Assembly: GCA_037917685.1 (NCBI GenBank)
Contig: JAVCBU010000003.1
Span: 192,001 to 256,000, forward strand
Direction: 5' to 3'
From: Thermoproteota archaeon
Lineage (GTDB): Archaea; Korarchaeota; Korarchaeia; Korarchaeales; JAOZGB01
DNA length: 64,000 bases
In this document: in pieces, positions 37,750 to 46,651 of the stretch
How positions within the stretch are numbered: the stretch's first letter is position 1
Layout of the letters: the number at the start of each line of letters is the position of its first letter
Position numbers and translations under genes: made by a program
Notes under the pieces: generated by a model
What the model saw: the letters and a program-made list of their open reading frames with translations, nothing else
The model's database searches: none
Told to the model about the DNA's origin: nothing

Positions 37750-39423
37750 TTACTCTTTCAATCTCTTATACGCTTTTACAGCGTCGTAGGCCACTATTGC
37801 GCCTAAGATGAATAGGACCAGGCCTACTATTCCGAATATCCCGTTTAGAGTTAAAGCTACCGTTGGATAGTTTGCGAGGCTTCCCTTCACTATGGGTGTT
37901 CCGAGTTTTATCGCGCGGAAGAACCCTGCAGATTCAAAGATTAAGGCAGCTTCACATGTTATTATCATAAATAGCGCTGGCGCCAATGTGTATATTGTTG
38001 GTCTCTTAGTCTTAGCTAGGAAGATTGTTACGAGGGTTAGCGCCAGGCCTGCTAGTAGCTGGTTTGAACCACCGAACAACAGCCACAGGTTTATCCATGC
38101 CCCTGTGTATGCGAATATATCAGCTATTATTAGCCCTATCAATGCCCCCACATACTTGTTCCCGAGAACTCCTCCTCCCACCATGTCTCCCCAGACAAGC
38201 CAGAAGAATCTCACAGCTATTATCCCTATCGTTATGGCGTATAGCTCAAGCCACATGGCGTAGAATGCTTTAATCCATGCAACCCCGGCTCCACCCGGTG
38301 CTATAAGCTTTGCTGCCCCTGCTACGAGGCTTTCCCATTTTACTCCTCCAAGTGTCTTTATTTCATCGGGTGTTAGAACCATATACGCCGCTAGGGATGC
38401 CAGGGCGAGTAATCCCTCTGTAAGCATTGCTCCTGCCCCTACTGGCAGAGCGTCGGTTTCAACATCTAGCTGGGTTGCTGATCCTGAGGTTGATACCAGG
38501 CTATGCCATCCTGAAATCGCACCACAAGCTATTGACACTGTTAGGATCGGCCAAATAGGCCCCGGGTTCCAGAAGTTACCGGTTGTCCCGAGTATTCCCC
38601 CCCATGCTGTCTGCTCGATCTTAACTCCTGTTACCGGTGAGATCAGGGCCGCCAGGATTAGGAGTATGATTCCGAATATTGCTGGGTATGATGCCACGTA
38701 TACTACTGGCTGGGCGAAATACATTAACGGTGCAACTGCGCCGATAAACAGTATTATACTTGTAAATATCATCCAGAAGGTTAGGTTTGCGTACTCTATC
38801 GGGTATAGCTTGCCCAGGATTATGCCTATTATGGTTATGATTAGTCCTATGGCTGTAGATGTCCCTATTCCCATTTTTACTTTAAACATCAGTACCCCGC
38901 TTGCTATTCCCCCTATAATCAGGAATATGATTGATAGCACTGAGACCGGGTATGTTTTGAAGAATACGCTGCACAGGACTGCGAAAACCGCTATTATTAG
39001 GATCAGGTAGAAGAATAGGAATCCCATGAGCATCTTTCTTGCCCTTGGGCTTATATACTCGTAGGTTAGCGGCCCCATCGTTTTACCTTCATTCCTGACA
39101 GACATGAAGAGGGATGAGTAGTCATGGATCCATCCTATGAAAAAGTTTCCAAGTAGTATCCAGATGAGGGCTGGAACCCAGCCGTAGAATAATGCGATAA
39201 AGGGTCCTAGTATCGGTCCTAGGCCTGCGATGCCTTTAAACTGGAATCCGTACAGTACGTACCTGCTTACAGGGAAAAATGTTATTCCATCCATGTACAT
39301 GTGGGCTGGAGTGGCCTTCTCGGGGTCGGGCTTCCAGACATTTTTGTCGTACCACTTTGCGTAGAGCTTGTACGCCGCGGCGTATACTACTAGACCTAGA
39401 ACTACGAACCAGAATGGATACAT
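37750..39423 (-). CDS. cstA: carbon starvation CstA family transporter
   Basis: TPAH..DG..FFP, FKGIAGLGPILGP, GWIHDY, IACGAISGWHSLV, WLLFGGSNQLLA. Confidence 0.93.
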   Translation of the reverse strand: MYPFWFVVLGLVVYAAAYKLYAKWYDKNVWKPDPEKATPAHMYMDGITFFPVSRYVLYGFQFKGIAGLGPILGPFIALFYGWVPALIWILLGNFFIGWIHDYSSLFMSVRNEGKTMGPLTYEYISPRARKMLMGFLFFYLILIIAVFAVLCSVFFKTYPVSVLSIIFLIIGGIASGVLMFKVKMGIGTSTAIGLIITIIGIILGKLYPIEYANLTFWMIFTSIILFIGAVAPLMYFAQPVVYVASYPAIFGIILLILAALISPVTGVKIEQTAWGGILGTTGNFWNPGPIWPILTVSIACGAISGWHSLVSTSGSATQLDVETDALPVGAGAMLTEGLLALASLAAYMVLTPDEIKTLGGVKWESLVAGAAKLIAPGGAGVAWIKAFYAMWLELYAITIGIIAVRFFWLVWGDMVGGGVLGNKYVGALIGLIIADIFAYTGAWINLWLLFGGSNQLLAGLALTLVTIFLAKTKRPTIYTLAPALFMIITCEAALIFESAGFFRAIKLGTPIVKGSLANYPTVALTLNGIFGIVGLVLFILGAIVAYDAVKAYKRLKE

Positions 39424-39462
39424 GTCGGGTCTTATACTAAGTGCCGTATTAGCTTTTAAAAT

Positions 39463-40092
39463 TTGCCGATAGCTTTAAGGATTGTGGGACTTGGGGTCCT
39501 TATAGTTTTCACTCTGACGGCTGTGATGCTTATATCCTACTTCTACGGTAGACATGTGAACTATTCGCTTCAAAGAGGTTACTGGAAGGTCCTATCAGGG
39601 GTTGTTAAATCGTATTCCAAGAAGGTTAGCTATAGAAGTCTCGGTTCTTCGATGTTTCAAGTTTCATTCCCTTGCAATCCGCCGTTAAAAAGGGTTGAGA
39701 TAACAGTTCTACTTATGGATAGAGAATTCTTAACCCATTACATAGCCTCAAGACTTATGGGGAGGAGTGACGAGTTTATTCTCAAGGCTTCTTTCAGTAA
39801 AGACCCAGACTTCACCTTTCAGATAGGCGGAAAGGCAAAGGGAATGGACAGGCTTGAGCCTGGCTGGGTTGGCTTTGAGGTTTATACTGATAATAAAGCT
39901 AGAGCCATAAGGCTTCTAGGAGATAACGAGTTTAGGAGAACTATTAGGAGACTTAAAGGCAGAATTAACCTTCTTGTTATAGGTGAAGGGGTGCCAAACA
40001 TTCTGGTTAGGTGCAAAGCCGAATCTGAAGTGGCAAGGCTTATGCTTAGGCTTGCGGAGAGAGCCTCCCACCTAGTGGCATCTAAGGTTTGA
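39463..40092 (+). CDS. single-pass membrane protein, CCDC47/DUF1682-like
   Basis: N-terminal TM followed by YFYGRHVN..L, and LMDREFL......MGRSDEFILK; resemblance judged by eye; start uncertain. Confidence 0.55.
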   Translation: MPIALRIVGLGVLIVFTLTAVMLISYFYGRHVNYSLQRGYWKVLSGVVKSYSKKVSYRSLGSSMFQVSFPCNPPLKRVEITVLLMDREFLTHYIASRLMGRSDEFILKASFSKDPDFTFQIGGKAKGMDRLEPGWVGFEVYTDNKARAIRLLGDNEFRRTIRRLKGRINLLVIGEGVPNILVRCKAESEVARLMLRLAERASHLVASKV

Positions 40093-40575
40093 AAGGATTC
40101 CAATAAAATTTTCTGCTTCTTCAACTGACATGTCTCCCTCAGCTACTATATCTATTCTTCTAGCCGTCTCCTTGCACATGAATGCTACCTCTATTTTAGT
40201 CCATCTTATCATGTCTCCAAGTAAGAGGTACTTCCTCCTTCCAGCTTTTTTAATAGAGTACCCTGCGTTGTGGCCGTTAATCTTCACAAACCCTGACCTA
40301 ACAGAATTTCTGGAAGCCTTAGCCACCCATCTATCCAGGTTAAAACCTAGGATGGGTTCCCTGACCGTTATCTTTACGGCTAAAGGCTTTTCACCCCTTA
40401 TAATATTGAGTGTAATGTAGCCCGATGCAACCCACCTATCTCCACCTGTCTCTCTCACGAGTTCAACATCTATATAGCCTGCAGGCCTAATCTGCCATTC
40501 TTCAGGTAGGAGGATACTTACGAACCTTACCTCTCCAAGGATTGGATTTTTGGCGTCGATGTTAGCTTTCTGCAT
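40072..40575 (-). CDS. hypothetical beta-rich protein
   Basis: 167-aa ORF inside the cstA-arsA cluster; C-terminal C...CH. Confidence 0.65.
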   Translation of the reverse strand: MQKANIDAKNPILGEVRFVSILLPEEWQIRPAGYIDVELVRETGGDRWVASGYITLNIIRGEKPLAVKITVREPILGFNLDRWVAKASRNSVRSGFVKINGHNAGYSIKKAGRRKYLLLGDMIRWTKIEVAFMCKETARRIDIVAEGDMSVEEAENFIGILSNLRCH

Positions 40576-40643
40576 TCAATATGGGCATCCTAAATTAAAT
40601 ATTAAAAGTGTGATGTGCCCAGAATACTCTGGCTTGAAAAGGT

Positions 40644-40898
40644 ATGCTCAGAAGGTTTAAATCAATATTAAGGGATTTCTTCTACGGCTTTGCCGTTCTA
40701 ACTCCAGTTAAGTCTCTCAAGAAGGCTAAATTCATAGAGGACTCTGCAATGATGATTGTTGCCCTGGGCGACATGCTTGGTATACCATTTGCGCCGCCGA
40801 TTTACAAGCTTAGAATTTTGCCATACTTTATTCCAATGGTCGGATTATGGAAGGAGTACATTTTAAAGGAGAAAGATATAGTGGAGAAGCTCGAATAG
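40644..40898 (+). CDS. small CstA/ArsA-associated protein (cory-CC-star-like), paralog 1
   Basis: FFYGF...LGDMLGIPFAPPIYKLRILPY...WK...LKEKD. Confidence 0.75.
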   Translation: MLRRFKSILRDFFYGFAVLTPVKSLKKAKFIEDSAMMIVALGDMLGIPFAPPIYKLRILPYFIPMVGLWKEYILKEKDIVEKLE

Positions 40899-40961
40899 AA
40901 GCTGAAAATTACAAACTTTTTTAAGCGGTGCTTTCCCCAACTATTAAGTGGTGATTGCAAG

Positions 40962-41249
40962 GTGTTATTCAAAAGGAAAAAGAAGGAGGAGGGGTCTGGA
41001 GAGGAGGTTAAGGAGGCTATAAAAGGAGTTTTCTATGGTATGGCTTCGCATCAAATGGTTAGATACATGCTTAAGACAAGGATGTACCTTGAGCATCTCT
41101 TCATGTTGATAACCCTCGGCGACATGTTGGGGATACCGATACTTCCTCCTTACTATTCTCTAAAGCTTTTGCCCTATGCCCTACCTAATATTGAAAGTTG
41201 GAAGAGGAGGCTTTTCAAGGAGAGAGACATAACAGACATGCTTTATTAG
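40962..41249 (+). CDS. small CstA/ArsA-associated protein (cory-CC-star-like), paralog 2
   Basis: VFYGM...LFMLITLGDMLGIPILPPYYSLKLLPY...WK...FKERD. Confidence 0.8.
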   Translation: MLFKRKKKEEGSGEEVKEAIKGVFYGMASHQMVRYMLKTRMYLEHLFMLITLGDMLGIPILPPYYSLKLLPYALPNIESWKRRLFKERDITDMLY

Positions 41250-41258
41250 GGGATAGGT

Positions 41259-42263
41259 ATGCCCGTATCCCTACCCGAATTTCTTAGAGAAAACCCGGAC
41301 ATTAAGATAATAGTCTATGCAGGCAAGGGGGGCCTAGGAAAAACCACCTGTAGTGCCGCAACAGCCTACTGGTTCGCCAAGCAGGGGAGAAAGCCCCTAT
41401 GCTTTAGTACAGATCCCCAGGCTTCCCTAAGCGACATATTTGAAAGAGATATCTTTGGGAAAGGCGTCGTGGAAATCATACCCAACCTCTACGTTGTAGA
41501 GATAGACGCTGACCGGAGAATCTCCGAGTTCCAGGATGAGATCAGAAAGCAGATAAAGGAGATGTACGGGTTAGAAGAGGTTCCGGGGGAGATTGAAGAG
41601 TATATCAAGACGTCTGCCTATGAGCCCGCGATGCATGAATCTGCAACCTATGATGCAATGGCAGACCTAGTCGCTAGTGGGAAGTATAATCCCTATATTT
41701 TCGACATGCCGCCCTTCGGCCACGGGGTTAGGATGATCTCAATGGCTCAGATACTTGACGCATGGATTGACAAGATGGAAGAGACCAGGAAGAAGGCTGC
41801 CGAATATGCTGCAGCAGCTGCTAAGCTTAGGGGAATCTCATCTGAAACCGAGGACGCTGTTATAAGGGAGCTTACATCTATTAGGGAAAAGCTTGACTTC
41901 TTCAGGGACATGCTCACAAATGAGAGAACCTGCGCGTTCTTCATGGTTCTAATACCAGAAAAAATGGCTATACTCGACACCAAGAGGGCTCTAGAAATGT
42001 TTAGGAAGCTTAAAATAAGGCTTAGCGGTGTGATTGTCAACCAGGTTTACCCTCCAGAACTACTTGAAAGGAGAGACATAACCGACTTTCTAAGGAGAAG
42101 AATTGAAATGCAACAGAGATATATGAAGGTTATTAACAGGGAGCTCGGGGAGTACGTCAGGGCTGTAATACCAATGTTCGACAGGGAGCCGAAGGGGATA
42201 GATATGATTGCAAAGGTTGCCGAGCACATGTTTGAAAAGCCAGGTTTGGAGGTGTTTGAGTAG
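41259..42263 (+). CDS. TRC40/GET3/ArsA family ATPase, subunit 1
   Basis: AGKGGLGKTT, STDPQASLSD, FDMPPFGH, IPEKM, VIVNQV. Confidence 0.92.
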   Translation: MPVSLPEFLRENPDIKIIVYAGKGGLGKTTCSAATAYWFAKQGRKPLCFSTDPQASLSDIFERDIFGKGVVEIIPNLYVVEIDADRRISEFQDEIRKQIKEMYGLEEVPGEIEEYIKTSAYEPAMHESATYDAMADLVASGKYNPYIFDMPPFGHGVRMISMAQILDAWIDKMEETRKKAAEYAAAAAKLRGISSETEDAVIRELTSIREKLDFFRDMLTNERTCAFFMVLIPEKMAILDTKRALEMFRKLKIRLSGVIVNQVYPPELLERRDITDFLRRRIEMQQRYMKVINRELGEYVRAVIPMFDREPKGIDMIAKVAEHMFEKPGLEVFE

Positions 42264-43279
42264 TGTCAGGCCATGTAACCTTTAAGATGTTTATCGAGCA
42301 AAACCCCACGGTTAAATACCTCTTTACGGGGGGCAAAGGAGGGGTTGGAAAGACCATAGTGGCTGCTGGTATAGCCGCCTATTTTGCCGAAACCGGGAGA
42401 AAGACTCTTATAGCATCCCTTAACCCGGTACACTCCCTTTCAAGCCTTTTTGAGCAAGACCTCTCCGGGGGAGTTATAAAGGAAGTCTCAGGCATCGACA
42501 ACCTATATGCGATTGAAGTCGACATCACAGACAGGGTTAGAAGGTATAAAGAACAGCTTACCGAGAGGCTAAGATGGTTCCTAAAGTGGGCTGACATCTC
42601 TGTAAAGGCCGACGAGTTCATAGAGATAGCTTCAACTAACCCAGCATTTGAGGAGAGCGCCATGTTCGACGAAACCATAGATATAATGCTCAGAGAGGGT
42701 AAAAACTTTGACAAGATAGTTTTCGACTGCGCGGCCGTCGCAAACGCTGTGAGGCTTCTAGGACTTAACAAGATATATGGAATGTGGCTTAAGAGGATGA
42801 TTAAGAGCAGGAAAGAAGCTTTGTCCCTAAGGGTTAAACTCTCATTCAGGAAGGATAAGGTTATGGAGGAGATAAAGAAAGACCCAATGATGGCGGATCT
42901 AATAGAGATGAACAGGAAGATAACAGAGGCGTCAGGCATCTTCGGGAATCCCAAGCAAACAGCATTCTTCTTCGTAACTCTACCATTATCTCTCCCAATC
43001 TCCGTGGTTGAGAGGTTTATAAGGATGGTTCAAGGTTTCAACATAGCAGTAGGCGGGGTTATAGTAAACGGAGTGCTTAGGAGGGAGCTTGCTGAGAAGG
43101 GAACAGAATATCTTAAGAATAAATATGAGGAGCAGAGAAGATACATGGAGATCATAAGAGAGAAAATGTGGCCTATGGTTAGAGCTGTAATACCGCTTTA
43201 TGAGACCGAAATAGTCGGTGTAAGAATGGTTAAAAGAATCGCCAGCGATCTGGCATCCTGGACTCCAGAGAAGATGTAG
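42263..43279 (+). CDS. TRC40/GET3/ArsA family ATPase, subunit 2 (degenerate switch motifs)
   Basis: GGKGGVGKTI, SLNPVHSLS (D to N), FDCAAVAN; start overlaps the subunit 1 stop. Confidence 0.9.
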   Translation: MSGHVTFKMFIEQNPTVKYLFTGGKGGVGKTIVAAGIAAYFAETGRKTLIASLNPVHSLSSLFEQDLSGGVIKEVSGIDNLYAIEVDITDRVRRYKEQLTERLRWFLKWADISVKADEFIEIASTNPAFEESAMFDETIDIMLREGKNFDKIVFDCAAVANAVRLLGLNKIYGMWLKRMIKSRKEALSLRVKLSFRKDKVMEEIKKDPMMADLIEMNRKITEASGIFGNPKQTAFFFVTLPLSLPISVVERFIRMVQGFNIAVGGVIVNGVLRRELAEKGTEYLKNKYEEQRRYMEIIREKMWPMVRAVIPLYETEIVGVRMVKRIASDLASWTPEKM

Positions 43280-43419
43280 AGCGTAGACATGCAATATTTC
43301 ACGTTCCTAAACCCTATTTCTACACACAAAGGTAACAGGTAATTTAACAATACATCTTCACCTCCTAGGAGGTGAGAATCTATTTAGGATAGAATCCACT
43401 ATTTAACTTTCATGGTTAT

Positions 43420-44391
43420 ATGAACTCCGGGAAAATTCTCGTCGCCGGCGCCGGACCTGCAGGTCTTAGCTGTGCCTACAATGCCTCTATAAAAGGCTAT
43501 AAAGTCCACCTTTTAGAGAAGAGAGGCACCCTAGCCTACAAGCCTTGCGGCGGGGCCGTACCTGAAGAGGCTTTTAAATACATCCCATTCGCGGGCAAAA
43601 AGTTTATACTGAATCGTATAGTTAGATGTAGGCTTACTATCCGCTGGAAGACTGTTAAGATTATTGAGGGTGAAACCTCCGGCTATATTATAGATAAGAG
43701 AACCCTCCTGGAAGAGCTATTATGCGCCGCGGAAGCTGAGGGGTGTAAGGTAAGCCTGAACAAGAGGGCAAAACCGTCCATGGCAGAGGACTACGACCTG
43801 GTAGTTGACGCTACAGGGCATGAGAGGGCTCTAGCCCTACAGATGGGTGTAGACTACTCGGGTTACAAGCTTATACCAGCCTGCCAGCTATACTGTAGGG
43901 GGCAGGGTCCTGATGAAGATGAGATTTGGGTTGAAATAGTAGCCTACGGCTACCTCTGGGTGTTCCCACATGGAGGCGTATACAATGCTGGGATAGGAGG
44001 CTTCTCAAGTCCAACCATCCTAAGAAGGATACTCCTGTCGAGGCTTGAGGAGGCCGGTTTAAAACCACTGTCGAAGCCGAGATTTTCAGCCTTGTCTGTT
44101 GGAGGCGTTATAAAAACATTGAAGGCCGGAAGACTTATAATTATTGGGGAAGCCGCAGGCATGGTTATGCCATCGGTCGGTGAGGGGATAAGATATGCTC
44201 TTTACTCAGGGAAGATATGCCTCCGAGACTACCGTGAGAGATGGGAGGCGGAATACGGTTCCAGGTTTAGAAAGGCTCAAATGCTTCTAAAAATGCTACT
44301 ATTAATGCCTGGGAGAATGAGGGTTAAAGCGATGAAGTACATGCCCATCCCGATACTAAAACTTTTCTACCAGGGAGCCCTCTCCAGCTAG
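43420..44391 (+). CDS. geranylgeranyl reductase-family FAD oxidoreductase
   Basis: GAGPAG, KPCGG, GYLWVFP, GEAAG.V.P..GEGI. Confidence 0.85.
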   Translation: MNSGKILVAGAGPAGLSCAYNASIKGYKVHLLEKRGTLAYKPCGGAVPEEAFKYIPFAGKKFILNRIVRCRLTIRWKTVKIIEGETSGYIIDKRTLLEELLCAAEAEGCKVSLNKRAKPSMAEDYDLVVDATGHERALALQMGVDYSGYKLIPACQLYCRGQGPDEDEIWVEIVAYGYLWVFPHGGVYNAGIGGFSSPTILRRILLSRLEEAGLKPLSKPRFSALSVGGVIKTLKAGRLIIIGEAAGMVMPSVGEGIRYALYSGKICLRDYRERWEAEYGSRFRKAQMLLKMLLLMPGRMRVKAMKYMPIPILKLFYQGALSS

Positions 44392-44482
44392 CATGTTCCA
44401 AATTTTAAACCTGTTCCAGATAGTTTTATTTTTGGTTCATATGGTAAATTCTAATATGAAATCAGCGTACAATAATGTTAAA

Positions 44483-46645
44483 ATGAAATTTACGGTCTAT
44501 GATGCCATCGCAGCTATCATAGTCATAGCCCATCTCTCACTATTAACAATGGGAAGTGCCGGGCTCCCGACAGGTTGGGATACACCGTACCATCTTCTAA
44601 TGGGGAAAATGTACGCTGACTACGGTAGGGTTACTCTGTGGGACTACTACGAGTACGCCCCTGTTGGGAGGCCCCAGGTCTATCCGCCGCTCCTCCACGT
44701 TATAATTTGGTGGGTGCACAGCCTTACAGGGGTGGGCTACATATCGATCGGCAGGTTCTTTGCAGTAGTCCAGTTCCCCCTGGCTCTGCTTTCAATATAC
44801 TATTATGTAAGAAGAATATTCGGGTGCCCCGAAGCCCTGTACAGCCTTATAACCCTCTCGTCTATTTCCATGTTTTGGATGTGGGAGGTAACCGTTGCCC
44901 CGACTGCGGTGCTTGTGATACTTTTCCCCGCATTCCTGTACTACTTTTACAAGAAAAGCCTCATACCCTCAACCCTGATACTTGTATGTGCATTTTACAT
45001 GCATCTGGGGATGCCCATCGTATTTGTAGCTTCAGCCATCATGATAAGCCTGCTTGCTGCAGCTAAGAAAGTTGGATACTGGAGCTTCCTAGCAAAGTGT
45101 TTAGGGATAGCCCTGCTTTTGTATCTACCATGGCTTATCCACGTATTAAAGAACCTTGAATACATACACGCCAGAATGATGGTCCACGGGTTCCAAGGTA
45201 TAGCTTTAGGTTTCATTGCTGGAAACCTGGTATACCTGGTGTTAACGTTCGCAGGCCTTATAATTTCAATAGTAGAATATGGGAGGGGAACCCTAAAGTA
45301 TCTTGTCCCGATAGCTGGCTTCATAGGGTTCCTTCCGACGTTCTCCTACGGGGCAAGATACTTCCTCCACTCACCTGTTGCAAACTCTATCCTTGCAGGA
45401 ATAGCCGCTGCATGGGCTGTTAGAAAAGCTAGGCGGAGGCTTGCAGGGTGGGAGGGGAAAGCCCTAGCTGCAGCGATAATAATGGTGGTCTCCCTTCAGG
45501 CCGTGTGCGAGCCAACCCTAGGCTTAAGAAGGCCTTTCCAGAAGACGCCGAGACATCAGGGTAAGCGTTGCTCTTCACCCCTTCTGTCAGAGATTATGAT
45601 GGCAAGTGGCGCTATGCCAAGCGACCCTTGGAGATTCTCATGTTCAGACCCGGATCTGCTAGCCCTCTCCGACTGGATAAGGGAGAACATCCCCGAGGAT
45701 GAAATCCTCCACGTAAACATGGGGGCTGTAGCAGCTTATATCACACTAACCACAGGCAGGCTGACAGACAGCGGAATGTACGGTGAGGTTAGAACAGAGG
45801 AGATGATGGCCGCGATACATCAGGGTAGGAAGTCCGGGATATTCGTCTTCACTCCCTACGGGCCAGGAGGCAGGAGGATACCGGCAAACCTACATGGTAA
45901 GGAGCTCTTCCAGTCAGGCCCATACAAGGTTATAGAGATCTACCAGCCTGAACATGCAGACCTGACCTTGCTTAAAGGAAAGGTAAATATAAGCTGGGTA
46001 TCCATAGCGGCAGGAAAGCCTGGGGATCTTGAAAACGCTAAAACACTACTTGAACAGCTGAACTATAAGTCAGTCGTAGTAGTGGTTCCCCAGGACAGGG
46101 TCAACAAGAGAAACCTACGCTTTATATCCGAAGTTTTCCAAGGGTACAATCTCGCCATGGAAATATTCGTCACAGACTGGGGCACCCTCCAAGACGTGTT
46201 AAGCCAGGTGAAGGCCAGCGGTATATCTAAAGTCATCCTATTAGTAACCCAGGACACACTCCCAGCCGGGGACCCAGCACAGGCTAGGGAAATGGTGGAA
46301 AGCGTGGGAGTTCAGATTTACTACTCAATAGCTGGACCGCCCCTTGTCGACCCAGGATGGGACAGGCCTAGACTAAGAAGCTTTCTTGAAGGGGGAAACG
46401 TTATAGTACATATTCCAGCGCTTCCTGTCCTCGCTGATATTCTTGAGGCGGACCTGCAGGTCCTCGGCGATTGGGACTGTAACATCAAGGTTCAGGTGGA
46501 CCTTGTTAAGGACAAGCCCCTAAGGGAAGATGTTCTGGCAAATACCCTAAGCCAGGCTTCCTGGTTCGACGTGGAATTAGGGGTAGGTATACCTGGAGAC
46601 ATGCTGTATCAAGCCCTGGACATGATAAGCATTCTGCTAGGGTAG
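44483..46645 (+). CDS. GT-C/STT3-like polytopic membrane glycosyltransferase with C-terminal soluble domains
   Basis: GWDTPYH, WDYYEYAPVGRPQVYPPLLH, many TMs, SDWIREN. Confidence 0.6.
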   Translation: MKFTVYDAIAAIIVIAHLSLLTMGSAGLPTGWDTPYHLLMGKMYADYGRVTLWDYYEYAPVGRPQVYPPLLHVIIWWVHSLTGVGYISIGRFFAVVQFPLALLSIYYYVRRIFGCPEALYSLITLSSISMFWMWEVTVAPTAVLVILFPAFLYYFYKKSLIPSTLILVCAFYMHLGMPIVFVASAIMISLLAAAKKVGYWSFLAKCLGIALLLYLPWLIHVLKNLEYIHARMMVHGFQGIALGFIAGNLVYLVLTFAGLIISIVEYGRGTLKYLVPIAGFIGFLPTFSYGARYFLHSPVANSILAGIAAAWAVRKARRRLAGWEGKALAAAIIMVVSLQAVCEPTLGLRRPFQKTPRHQGKRCSSPLLSEIMMASGAMPSDPWRFSCSDPDLLALSDWIRENIPEDEILHVNMGAVAAYITLTTGRLTDSGMYGEVRTEEMMAAIHQGRKSGIFVFTPYGPGGRRIPANLHGKELFQSGPYKVIEIYQPEHADLTLLKGKVNISWVSIAAGKPGDLENAKTLLEQLNYKSVVVVVPQDRVNKRNLRFISEVFQGYNLAMEIFVTDWGTLQDVLSQVKASGISKVILLVTQDTLPAGDPAQAREMVESVGVQIYYSIAGPPLVDPGWDRPRLRSFLEGGNVIVHIPALPVLADILEADLQVLGDWDCNIKVQVDLVKDKPLREDVLANTLSQASWFDVELGVGIPGDMLYQALDMISILLG

Positions 46646-46651
46646 CCAGCG

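Noticed and set aside
41259-43279. Arsenic-resistance operon
   Set aside because: No arsR/arsB/acr3/arsC/arsD nearby; the context is cstA
43358-43375. Perfect 18-bp palindrome TCACCTCCTAGGAGGTGA
   Set aside because: Back-to-back Shine-Dalgarno-like words with no usable ORF on either side (minus strand gives ATG TAT TGT TAA); single occurrence, no supportable function
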